In this document: piece after piece, positions 32,898-42,087 of the stretch
How the letters are laid out: the number at the start of each line of letters is the position of its first letter
Position numbering within the stretch: position 1 is the stretch's first letter
Origin: an uncultured cyanobacterium
Lineage (GTDB): Bacteria > Cyanobacteriota > Cyanobacteriia > Cyanobacteriales > Nostocaceae
NCBI GenBank assembly: GCA_963740315.1
Contig: CAVUDP010000002.1
Span: 2,848,001 to 2,912,000, forward strand
Reading direction: 5' to 3'
Length of the DNA stretch: 64,000 bases
Program-made: the position numbers and the translations under genes
Notes under the pieces: generated by a model
The model's database searches: none
Seen by the model: only the letters and a program-made list of their open reading frames with translations
Told to the model about the DNA's origin: nothing

Positions 32898-33866
32898 TCA
32901 TGTTTTGAGTTGCCCTTCTACCCATTGAATAACCTTTTGACCCAAGTTTGTATCGCTAAACCGATCGATTTCGCGGATACCTGTAGGGCTTGTAACGTTG
33001 ACTTCAGTAAGATAGCCGCCAATAACATCAATACCTACAAAGATTAAGCCGTCTTCTTGTAGAGTTTTAGCTAGTTGAGTACAAATTTCCCGTTCTCTGG
33101 AAGTAATTTCAGTTTGAGCAACCGTACCCCCGGCTGCCATATTATTGCGAAATTCTCCAGGTGCGGAAAGACGGTTGAGCGCCCCCACTGGTTCGCCATC
33201 AAGCAAAATAATCCGTTTATCACCGAGTTTTGCTTCCGGTAAAAAGGTTTGTAGCATAATTGGTACTCGCCCCTGTAGAGTACTTAGTTCTACTATGGAA
33301 TTAAAATTGCGATCGCTCTTGTCTAGAAATAAAATTCCTTCCCCTGCTTTGTTTCCGAGTGGTTTAAGAATCGCAGCACCTTTGTCTTCCACAAACTTCC
33401 GAATCAGGTGTTTATCAGCGGTGACAATGGTTTCTGGAATGGCTTGGGTAAATTGGAGAGCATACATTTTTTCGTTTGCATCTCGAATACCTTTGGGGCT
33501 GTTAACAACTAAAGTTTTGCTTGGGTTGATATAGTCCAGAATATAAGTAGCGTAAAGATAAGAAACATTTACAGGTGGATCTGTCCGCATAAACACGGCA
33601 TCCATCTCATTCAAACAAATATTAGTTTTGTCGCTTAACTTGTACCAGGGATTTGCAGCTTTGTAGCCAGTTTCGAGCAACTCAACGGGGATGATTTCAA
33701 CTTGTTGGAGATGCGCCCAAGCTGTACTATCTACAACACTCAACTCCCAGGCTTGAGTTATCCATACTTCATGCCCCAAAATACAAGCTGCTTCCATCAT
33801 GGCAACGCTAGTGTCATGAGCGGGATCTAAATTCTGGATGGGATCAATAATAAAAGCCAGTTTCAC
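32898..33866 (-). CDS. gshB: Glutathione synthetase
   Basis: MKLAFIIDP, MRTDPP, ANEK, GDKRI and TEVNVTSPTG motifs. Confidence 0.97.
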   Translation of the reverse strand: MKLAFIIDPIQNLDPAHDTSVAMMEAACILGHEVWITQAWELSVVDSTAWAHLQQVEIIPVELLETGYKAANPWYKLSDKTNICLNEMDAVFMRTDPPVNVSYLYATYILDYINPSKTLVVNSPKGIRDANEKMYALQFTQAIPETIVTADKHLIRKFVEDKGAAILKPLGNKAGEGILFLDKSDRNFNSIVELSTLQGRVPIMLQTFLPEAKLGDKRIILLDGEPVGALNRLSAPGEFRNNMAAGGTVAQTEITSREREICTQLAKTLQEDGLIFVGIDVIGGYLTEVNVTSPTGIREIDRFSDTNLGQKVIQWVEGQLKT

Positions 33867-34007
33867 GCGATTGCCTCGATTTACCCTTCAAATTATTCAA
33901 TGATTCATCTCAAATTATCCCCCTTTATGTAATACCGTTTCACATTATTTAAGGGAGTAGGGAGTAGGGAATAGGTAAAAGGTATTTTCACGATCGACTT
34001 TACTTAC

Positions 34008-34062
34008 GCAAAATCTAAAATTAGAAAACCCACCTTGATTCACAGGTGGGAGCGAATGTCAA
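34008..34062 (+). mobile_element. Possible minimal IS200/IS605-derived remnant (PATE-like)
   Basis: Follows TTAC, contains the hairpin CCCACCT...AGGTGGG and ends ATGTCAA, like the right end of the IS at 62022. Confidence 0.4.
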
Positions 34063-34096
34063 GCAATCTCTAACTACTAGCCATTTCTTTTAATGT

Positions 34097-34354
34097 TCAA
34101 GCTAATAGTTCGTCCAATTTGCCTTGAGACTCTAGAGCATAAATATCATCGCAACCACCAATATGAGTATTATTGATGAAAATTTGTGGTACGGAACGCC
34201 GTCCATCTCCTCTATGAGCCATCTTTTCCCGTGCTTCTTCATCTCCATCAACGCTGTATTCGGTAAAGTCAATCCCTTTCTTCTTCAATAGACTTTTAGC
34301 ACGTATACAAAACGGGCAAGTACTCCAAGTGTAAATTTCTATATTGACAGCCAT
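34097..34354 (-). CDS. grxC: Glutaredoxin 3 (dithiol)
   Basis: CPFC active site, SVPQIFI and IGGCDD. ATG at 34354 with a GAGG RBS. Confidence 0.93.
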   Translation of the reverse strand: MAVNIEIYTWSTCPFCIRAKSLLKKKGIDFTEYSVDGDEEAREKMAHRGDGRRSVPQIFINNTHIGGCDDIYALESQGKLDELLA

Positions 34355-34775
34355 AACTTCCTCATGTTGACTTAGCAATTCTCAATTTTAGAACGTTATA
34401 TCTGGCTAAGGATGGTTAAAAAGTAATGAAAGATACTTTTGATACAAATCTAATTTAACTCGTTTTTATTATTTGTCTAAAAAAATACATTATATTATTT
34501 TGCTTCCAGTGATAAATAAGACTTAAATTGTTCTTCATTTATAGAGTAAGTGCGAATGAGCCTACTATCAGGAGCAACAGTAGACTCATCTGAAAGCACT
34601 ATAAAACAGTGATTGTGTTGGCTTAAATCCAGGTGCGTAACGATTTCATAATATTTCAGTTTAAATACGGTATACATCAGTATTGACACTGATATCTTTA
34701 TGGCTTGCCATAAAAAAGCTCAGTATTTTACGCAGTTAGGAGGGATAGGAATAAGTGGTTTAATTAAACATAAAC

Positions 34776-34902
34776 AGAACTTACGCAACTGGCATATTGT
34801 CATTGCGACCAGAACGAAGTGTAGGGAAGCAATCCCAGCATCTGAGGAGATTACTTCGCTTTGTTCGTAATGACGCAATTTCGTTATTTTTGCGTAAGTC
34901 CT
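34776..34902. mobile_element. MITE-like element enclosing a GTCATTGCGA...TAATGAC hairpin repeat
   Basis: Terminal inverted repeat AGAACTTACGCA / TGCGTAAGTCCT. The inner repeat is related to 49081-49146. Confidence 0.6.
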
Positions 34903-34983
34903 AATAAAATTACTCCTGAAGAATTTTTCTCCAGGAGCGATAAGTTAACTTTAATTAGATTTTACGAAAGAAAACTCAAGTGC

Positions 34984-36732
34984 TTATCCAGAAGCGGTAG
35001 CGTATTGAATTAACTGCCCCAAACGCTCTCTTAAGGTTTCTAAACCAAGGCGCTGATTAGCGGAAATAAATACCGCCATTGGATATTCTTCCCTAGCCAA
35101 AGCTAAGGTTTCGCTGTTGGCTTGGTCAATTTTGTTGAAAACTACTAGCGCCGGACCCGGTGTTATGGGCATTTGCGCTAAAATATCCCTGACCGAACGA
35201 ATATGACTCAGCCAAGCAGGATGAGATAAATCGACCAAATGCACTAAGCCATCTGCTTCTGTCACTTCTTCCAAAGTGGCGCGGAAGGCATCCATTAACG
35301 ATCCGGGTAATTCGTGTATAAACCCAACTGTATCTGTAACGAGTATTTCTTGAGTTACTTCGGTTACAGCATGGGGAACTACCAAGCGGCGCGTTGTCGG
35401 GTCAAGGGTTGCAAACAACTGGTCTGCCGTGTAAACCTCGGCGTTGGTTAAAGCGTTAAGTAAAGTAGATTTACCGGCATTGGTGTAACCTACGATTGCG
35501 ATTGTAGGTACTTCTTCATGTTGTCGCCGCTGTCTTAACCGTTCTCGATGCGCTTGTAGTTGGTTTACTTCTTTTTGCAAGCGAGTAATGCGCCGGGAAA
35601 TAGCACGACGTTCGGTTTCTAGCTTGGTTTCACCAGGACCTCTCGTACCTATACCACCCCCAAGTCGGGACATTGCCTGACCTCTACCAGTTAGTCGCGG
35701 TAACATATACTCTAACTGCGCCAATTCTACTTGCAGCTTACCAGCACCCGAACGAGCGCGTTGAGCAAAGATATCTAAAATAACTTCAGTGCGATCGACA
35801 ACCCGAACCCCTATTTGAAGTTCTAGATTTCGGACTTGCGCTGGCGATAAATCGCGGTCAAAAACGACAAGATTTGCTCCCAAAGTTTGAACGCTTAAAG
35901 CAATTTCCTGCACCTTGCCTTCACCCACCACCGTTTGGGGATGAATTCGCGATCGCTTTTGTCGCATAGTAAGCAATACCTCTCCCCCAGCGGTATCCAC
36001 CAACCGCCCCAACTCTACCAAAGTATCGTGAAATTCTTGAGTCGTCGTCTTTTGAGTTACAAGCCCAACAATCACAACGCGATCGCGATCGCCCGATACT
36101 TCTTTACCAGTAAATTCCCGTTGGAATTCTTCTTCAAGCCCTTCAACCAGATCGAGAAAGTCTTTTTTGCTCAATACATCCAGACTCATCGGTGGCGAAA
36201 TACTCCAGCTAGGAGCAGAATAATCGCTGGTATCCAATTGTGCAGTAGGGCTAGTAATTAGGGCGCGAGCATCAAGGGGTGCTAAGTGTGCCAAATAAGC
36301 TTCCTTAACATACCCAGTAGCACCACCGCCCCGACGTTTAAATCCTGTTCCTGTAATATTAAGTACAATTAAAGCATCTAATCTTTGCAGTGCCATAGCA
36401 GTCAAAGCCGCTTCAGATGGCGGTTCTGCCTTTAACTGAGTAGCAATACAACGAATACCGCTAAGTCGTTCCGCACCGTAACGCGGAAGTTCCATCGGCG
36501 GAATTTGGGTCTGACGCGGAGTGCCTACCCCAACCCGAATCACTTGTCCGCGACGGTTGAGATAGGCACACACTGGCTGATTAATTTCAGTACTAATTGC
36601 CGCGAGTCGTTCAGCGAATTCCGGAGTTGTTAAACTATCACCCGGTAGGCGCTGGTGATACAGCCGCTGCAATTGCTTTAGCTGACTGTGTTTCAGACCC
36701 TGGAGTTTACCATATATAGTTTCTATAGGCAT
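34984..36732 (-). CDS. hflX: Ribosome-splitting GTPase HflX (long cyanobacterial form)
   Basis: ILDIFAQRA, GTRGPGET, GYTNAGKS, LFATLD, DTVGF and NKID motifs. Confidence 0.96.
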   Translation of the reverse strand: MPIETIYGKLQGLKHSQLKQLQRLYHQRLPGDSLTTPEFAERLAAISTEINQPVCAYLNRRGQVIRVGVGTPRQTQIPPMELPRYGAERLSGIRCIATQLKAEPPSEAALTAMALQRLDALIVLNITGTGFKRRGGGATGYVKEAYLAHLAPLDARALITSPTAQLDTSDYSAPSWSISPPMSLDVLSKKDFLDLVEGLEEEFQREFTGKEVSGDRDRVVIVGLVTQKTTTQEFHDTLVELGRLVDTAGGEVLLTMRQKRSRIHPQTVVGEGKVQEIALSVQTLGANLVVFDRDLSPAQVRNLELQIGVRVVDRTEVILDIFAQRARSGAGKLQVELAQLEYMLPRLTGRGQAMSRLGGGIGTRGPGETKLETERRAISRRITRLQKEVNQLQAHRERLRQRRQHEEVPTIAIVGYTNAGKSTLLNALTNAEVYTADQLFATLDPTTRRLVVPHAVTEVTQEILVTDTVGFIHELPGSLMDAFRATLEEVTEADGLVHLVDLSHPAWLSHIRSVRDILAQMPITPGPALVVFNKIDQANSETLALAREEYPMAVFISANQRLGLETLRERLGQLIQYATASG

Positions 36733-36825
36733 CTATGACTAGTTTACTAGTCCCCCATATACATCTATGTCTATTTTACAACAGGGTTTTTAACCTAAAC
36801 TCTTTCTTTTAGTAGATGCAGGAGA

Positions 36826-36913
36826 CAGTGAACAGTGACCAGTGAACAGTCACCAGTGAACAGTGAACAGTGAACAGTGAACAGTCACCAGTCACCAGTC
36901 ACCAGTCACCAGT
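36826..36913. repeat. STRR-type heptamer tandem array (CAGTGAA / CAGTCAC)
   Basis: About 12 consecutive 7-mers, followed by purine-rich and CCCCATCT-type repeats up to about 37030. Confidence 0.9.
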
Positions 36914-37077
36914 TAGGAGTTAATAATTTTGGATTGGGAGTTGGAAGTTAAAAGTGAGAAGTTAAGAGTGAGGAGTTATAAATTTTCTACCCCCTCTCCC
37001 CCATCTCCCCATCTCCCCATCCCCCCATTCCCTTGGGCTATACTTGCCAAAGTAAAAAAAACCCGTGTTTCCCGGTA

Positions 37078-39546
37078 ATGAAGATTCTGCTTATAAATGA
37101 TGATGAGCAATTCACAAAAGAACTTAAAGCGAACTTAACCGAACATCGATACGTTGTGGATGTTGCGGTAGATGGACAAGAAGGTTGGGATTTTGTTGAA
37201 GCACAGGAATACGATTTGATTGTGCTGGATGTAATGTTGCCAAAGCTGGATGGGATTACTTTTTGCAGTCGCTTGCGTGCCAAAGGTTTGCAGGTTTTGG
37301 TGATGTTTTTAACTGCAAGAAATACTAGTGAAGATAAAATTAAAGGCTTGGATGCTGGTGCTGATGACTATGTAGTTGAGCCAGTACCTTTACCGGAATT
37401 AACAGCTAGAATCCGAGCGTTGCTGCGACGCAAGTCTACAACTGCATCGACCATTTTGGAATGGGGAAACCTTTGTTTGGAACCTAGATCCAAAGAGGTA
37501 AAACACGCTGGTGTTCCTTTAAATCTGACGAAGAAAGAATATTCTTTGTTAGAACTATTCATGCGAGATACACAGAAAATACACAGCCAGAATAGTATTT
37601 TAAATCAGCTATGGTCTTTTGAAGATGAGCCGCCGACGAGAGATACTATAAGGACGTTAGTAAAAAGATTGCGACAGAAATTAAAGGCTGCGAAAGCTCC
37701 CGATTTGATTGAAACGGTTTTTGGATTGGGGTATCGTCTTAATCCCCTGTTTGAAAAAGCATCGACAACAGAGAGTAATTCTATGTTGAGTAAGAAGCTT
37801 GTATCTGCTATATCTCAAACTACCAGCAATAATTCTCATACTGTAAAGACTTCAAATCAAGCAGTGCTTCCAAGTAAGCATTCAATTGAATCTGATGAAT
37901 CGCCAACTCGGTTGTTGATTGTAGATGAAGATAAAGAATTTATCGATCCTTTAGTAGAAGTTGCAACCGTACAAGGATTGCAAACTGCGATCGCACCGAA
38001 TGCAAAACTCGCAACAGATGCACTACAAAGAATTCGCCCAGATATTGTGTTGCTAAATATATCTGTTGATAAGAGAGAAGATGAATTTGCTTTTCTGGAT
38101 CGAATGTCAAAACAAACACCTCCGATTCCGGTACTAGTATTTACCGATCAAGAATTATCAACGGATAGAGTTGCACTGGCTCGTCGTAAAAGTCAAGGCT
38201 TTTTTCACAAACCCATTTCCCCAAACCGCGTACTCGAAGCTATTAACCAAACCTTAAAACCTGCGAAAACCGAAGCTAAGGTAATGTTAGTTGATGACGA
38301 TCGCATGAGTTTACGCTTGGTGCGAACGTTGTTAGAACCTTGGGGAATACAAGTTACTACCTTAAGCGATTCGCTGAAATTTTGGGATGAGCTTGAATCT
38401 GTAAAGCCAGATTTACTTATATTAGATGTGCAAATGCCAAATATTGATGGTATTGAACTGTGTCAACTATTACGTAATGATTCCCGTTGGGCTTGGCTAC
38501 CAATCGTGTTTCTTACCGGAGTGCGAGATACTGAGACTATTCAACAGGTGTTTTCAGCTGGGGCTGATGATTTTATTAATAAACCTGTTATTGCTCCAGA
38601 ATTAATTACCCGTATTTTCAACCGTTTGGAACGTACTCGTTTGCTACGACAAGCAGAAATTAATTCTCTGACTGGCTTACCAAATCGCCAGCGCTCGACT
38701 CAAGATTTAGAAAAACTATTACATTTAGCAAGTCAGTATCAACAGAGCTTTTGTTTAGCAGTAATAAAAATAGATGATTTAGAAAAAATTAATCGTAATT
38801 ACGGACATCCATTTGGCGATAAAATGTTGCGTCGTTTAGCTTCTTTGTTACGAAAAGAATTACGAACTGAAGATATTGTATCTTCTTGGAATGGCGGAGA
38901 ATTTTTAATTGGAATGTACGGTATCAGTCGTGGTTATGGAGTTGAATGGTTGGCAGAAGTATTAGAAATATTGCGATCGATTGAATTTGAAGTTGAGAAA
39001 GAAGTGGTTAGCATTACTTTCAGCGCCGGAGTTACCCAATATCCAGAAGATGGAAAGGATATACAAACACTTTATCAAACCGCCGCTTCCACAATGGAAC
39101 GAGCAAAAGAATATGGCGGAAATTGCGTTTTAGCTTCAGATTGTCAGTCGCTTCAATCTCGTCAATCGCCTTTTCACAAAGATGTAATTTTACTACATCA
39201 AGATTCAGCTTTTGCAAATTCTATTATGGAAGCGTTATTAACTAGAAGTTATCACGTTCATTGGTTAAAAGATGGAAAAACGGCTAATAAAGTTTTGGGA
39301 GGAAAAAGCCTTTCCTTGCGTAGTGAAATTATTTTACTTGAAGAAAATTTACCCGGTTTAAACGGGTTAGAAATACTTAAGCATTTCAAACGAGATAAAG
39401 TTATCCAAAGCTCTAAAGTTGTCTGGTTATCCACGACTACAACTGAAATAGAAAAAGCCCTATGCCTGGGATGTTTCGACTATATTAATGTTCCTTGCAA
39501 TATTCCAGCTTTTATGTATCGTCTGCGGCATCTTTTGGAAGGATGA
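37078..39546 (+). CDS. Multidomain response regulator: REC, OmpR wHTH, REC, REC, degenerate GGDEF, REC
   Basis: IVLDVMLP; LTKKEYSLL...ETVFGLGYRL; LILDVQMP; SLTGLPNR...YGHPFGD...RTED.....NGGEF. ATG at 37078. Confidence 0.9.
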   Translation: MKILLINDDEQFTKELKANLTEHRYVVDVAVDGQEGWDFVEAQEYDLIVLDVMLPKLDGITFCSRLRAKGLQVLVMFLTARNTSEDKIKGLDAGADDYVVEPVPLPELTARIRALLRRKSTTASTILEWGNLCLEPRSKEVKHAGVPLNLTKKEYSLLELFMRDTQKIHSQNSILNQLWSFEDEPPTRDTIRTLVKRLRQKLKAAKAPDLIETVFGLGYRLNPLFEKASTTESNSMLSKKLVSAISQTTSNNSHTVKTSNQAVLPSKHSIESDESPTRLLIVDEDKEFIDPLVEVATVQGLQTAIAPNAKLATDALQRIRPDIVLLNISVDKREDEFAFLDRMSKQTPPIPVLVFTDQELSTDRVALARRKSQGFFHKPISPNRVLEAINQTLKPAKTEAKVMLVDDDRMSLRLVRTLLEPWGIQVTTLSDSLKFWDELESVKPDLLILDVQMPNIDGIELCQLLRNDSRWAWLPIVFLTGVRDTETIQQVFSAGADDFINKPVIAPELITRIFNRLERTRLLRQAEINSLTGLPNRQRSTQDLEKLLHLASQYQQSFCLAVIKIDDLEKINRNYGHPFGDKMLRRLASLLRKELRTEDIVSSWNGGEFLIGMYGISRGYGVEWLAEVLEILRSIEFEVEKEVVSITFSAGVTQYPEDGKDIQTLYQTAASTMERAKEYGGNCVLASDCQSLQSRQSPFHKDVILLHQDSAFANSIMEALLTRSYHVHWLKDGKTANKVLGGKSLSLRSEIILLEENLPGLNGLEILKHFKRDKVIQSSKVVWLSTTTTEIEKALCLGCFDYINVPCNIPAFMYRLRHLLEG

Positions 39547-39616
39547 GACAATTTTGGATTAGATGGATGTAGGGTGTGTTGTCGCTCCGCGCAACGCACC
39601 ATAATGACTGCCAAAT

Positions 39617-40846
39617 TCATACTGCAAGCTGCGGTTGCGATGTGTTATTTGCGTTATTAAGTGATGTTTGCTGTTGTAAATCGGGCGTTTGCTTTTCTAA
39701 ATGTAAATATTTATCAATCGTATCTAAAACTTTTTCAACGACTATTGGTTTACTCATAAAGTCGGTAGAGCCAGCTACTTTAGATCGCAATCTATCAAAA
39801 AGACCATCGCTACCAGTTATTATAATTACCGGAATATCGGCAAGTTTAGCAACCCGTCTGATTTGGGCGCAAACTTCGTATCCGTTGACAACTGGCATCA
39901 TTAAATCTAAGAAAATTAAATCTGGTTTATTCTCGATTAAAATTGGTAATGCTTGAATAGCATCTTGAATTTGAACAAATTTCATGTTCTTTGCAGTGAC
40001 AATACTTCCTATAATTTGGCATACTTGAAGGCTATCATCAATACAAGCGATAACTGGTCTTCTTGATTCTTTCGTAGGTAAAGGTTTGATATTATTTTTA
40101 ACTTCTGCTGCTGATAAAGGTAAGTCGGGTACTTCCGATAGTTGAATAAATCCCCTGAGAATGAAGGGTAATAAATCGGAGGATATTTTAAGTGTATTAA
40201 ACTTCAGTTCGACGGCTAAATCTTGTAAAGTATATTTGCCGTTAATAAAGTTGACAAAGTTTGTGTAGATATTAGGAGTTACAAGCTGTTGAACTTGTTT
40301 TGGTTGCAATAATTCTGGTGATAAATGAGGAGTAAAACTTGCTAATCCAGCAGATGACCATCCACGCCATTCTTCTTCCATACGCTTGAGGAAAAACTCT
40401 GTATTCATAAAGGTGAGCGATACATCTAAGACGGCTTTAGGATTGCGAATACAAGATACATCTTCAAAATTTACCTGCTGTGCAATATCAAATAACACTT
40501 CTGATATCGTATTTTTCGCAACAGCTTCAGCCTGAGTTCTATCTATTTTTTCTTTTTTATATAAACTAGTTAATAATTGATAATCCCACAGTTTATTTGC
40601 TAATTCTATTGACTCTATCTGTATCTCGTCAATTTTTATCTGCGGACAATATTGAGTAATTTTTCTGCGCCAGCGTCGAAACGGATGAATTCCCCCGGTT
40701 GCCCAAATAATTCGCCCAAACCGAAAGTACAAACTCCATTTATATTTAGATGACTTTATATCTAGCTTGCCACTGTATTGAGCTTTTGTGCAAGCAATGA
40801 ATTCTTCAATCAAGTCTTTATATGCTATCAATTCTGTGTACACCAT
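39617..40846 (-). CDS. PatA-family response regulator (PATAN/DUF4388 domain plus REC)
   Basis: SGKLDI...WSLYFRFGRIIWATGGIHPFRRW N-domain and a C-terminal REC (IACIDDS, IFLDLMMP, SKP). Confidence 0.88.
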   Translation of the reverse strand: MVYTELIAYKDLIEEFIACTKAQYSGKLDIKSSKYKWSLYFRFGRIIWATGGIHPFRRWRRKITQYCPQIKIDEIQIESIELANKLWDYQLLTSLYKKEKIDRTQAEAVAKNTISEVLFDIAQQVNFEDVSCIRNPKAVLDVSLTFMNTEFFLKRMEEEWRGWSSAGLASFTPHLSPELLQPKQVQQLVTPNIYTNFVNFINGKYTLQDLAVELKFNTLKISSDLLPFILRGFIQLSEVPDLPLSAAEVKNNIKPLPTKESRRPVIACIDDSLQVCQIIGSIVTAKNMKFVQIQDAIQALPILIENKPDLIFLDLMMPVVNGYEVCAQIRRVAKLADIPVIIITGSDGLFDRLRSKVAGSTDFMSKPIVVEKVLDTIDKYLHLEKQTPDLQQQTSLNNANNTSQPQLAV

Positions 40847-41242
40847 GATAACTTTGTTCTTTTATAAGTAGGGTAGATGTTAGATGCTAGATGGTAGATG
40901 GTAAAAGAAAAATTTTTTTAAATGTAAGTTTTTTGCAAGTTAAATAATCAAAGGAAATTAATCATAAATATTTGCAGATAATTCTAGTTCTTTATATTCA
41001 TAATACTAACGAAAAAATGTGACAATGCCGTGACATAGCTTGCATTGTTAAATTGAGGTAAAAGGCGGTTAAAAAAAATATTGCCGTTCCCTGATAGAAA
41101 GTTCATATAACTGGGAATAATAAGTTTGTGAGACAGCTAGGTTTAGTTGCTTGAAGCTTCCTATACTCGAAGTTACAGCCCGAAACAAAGCTCTACAAAA
41201 AACTTTAAATATCAGTACATCTATCAATGAGGAATATACCTA

Positions 41243-41896
41243 ATGACTCAAATGCTTAGAGAAGAAGTAAGAGAAAGGCTCGGTAATGTTGACCAAATCC
41301 GGGATATTATTTTCGGGGCGCAGATAAGAGAATATGAAACCAGATTTGGTAAATTAGAATCAGATATTTCACTTTTACAGCTAGAAATGCGCTCCCATGT
41401 CGAGCAACTTAGAGTTAGCTTTGCAGCAGAATTAAAAGCAGGATTTGAAAACTTAGAGAAAAAGCTGAAATTATTCAACCTCAACCACGAGGAAGAAGCA
41501 GCCGATGCACGCCAGCAGGTAGATAGATTGAATAGAAAATTCTCAAGTTGCGTACAATCGCTAGATGAGGAATTAGATATTCAAACCAAATCAATAAGAG
41601 AAGAAGTTTCTCAAACAAAAGTCCAGCTAGAAGAAGAAGTTTTGGCTTTGCGGGATTTAGTTTTAGAAGAAATTGAACGGCATTTTTCTAACTTGAGACA
41701 AACCAAAGTTTCTAAAGACGATATGGCTGAGACATTATTTGCTTTAGGGATGCGTCTCAAAGAAAAAGAATTCATTCCCGTATTGCGTGAAGCAGCAGAT
41801 GAAGAGAGCGAGAATAATCCGGTTAAATTGCTCAGAAATGGAGAGAAACTTTCAGAATTCTTATCTCATAACGGATTGTCTGAAGTGAATTCCTGA
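41243..41896 (+). CDS. Coiled-coil protein, first gene of the small-GTPase operon
   Basis: VDQIRDIIFG motif followed by long heptad-rich helices; GAGG RBS. Confidence 0.8.
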   Translation: MTQMLREEVRERLGNVDQIRDIIFGAQIREYETRFGKLESDISLLQLEMRSHVEQLRVSFAAELKAGFENLEKKLKLFNLNHEEEAADARQQVDRLNRKFSSCVQSLDEELDIQTKSIREEVSQTKVQLEEEVLALRDLVLEEIERHFSNLRQTKVSKDDMAETLFALGMRLKEKEFIPVLREAADEESENNPVKLLRNGEKLSEFLSHNGLSEVNS

Positions 41897-42084
41897 TGGG
41901 GGGATGGAGATAGAGGGGGAAGAGGGGGGATGGGGAGACAAGGGGATGGGGAGACAAGGGGATGGGGGGATGGGGGGAAAATAACTAATTTCCTACTCCT
42001 AATTCTTAACTCCTAACTCCTAACTCCTAACTCCTAATTCCTAACTGCTAACTGCTAACTGCTAACTGTTAACTGCTAACTGAC
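41897..42084. repeat. STRR arrays (GGGGATGG-type and CCTAACT/GCTAACT heptamers)
   Basis: Visible tandem short repeats fill the intergenic gap. Confidence 0.9.
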
Positions 42085-42087
42085 TCA

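Noticed and set aside
34495..34689. 64-aa minus-strand ORF
   Set aside because: GTG start with no RBS, no recognisable motif, and adjacent to a MITE-like repeat.
36826..36913. Tandem repeats as a possible CRISPR array (also 41897-42084 and 52153-52392)
   Set aside because: The units are 7-9 bp with no unique spacers and no cas genes nearby; they are ordinary STRR arrays of heterocystous cyanobacteria.
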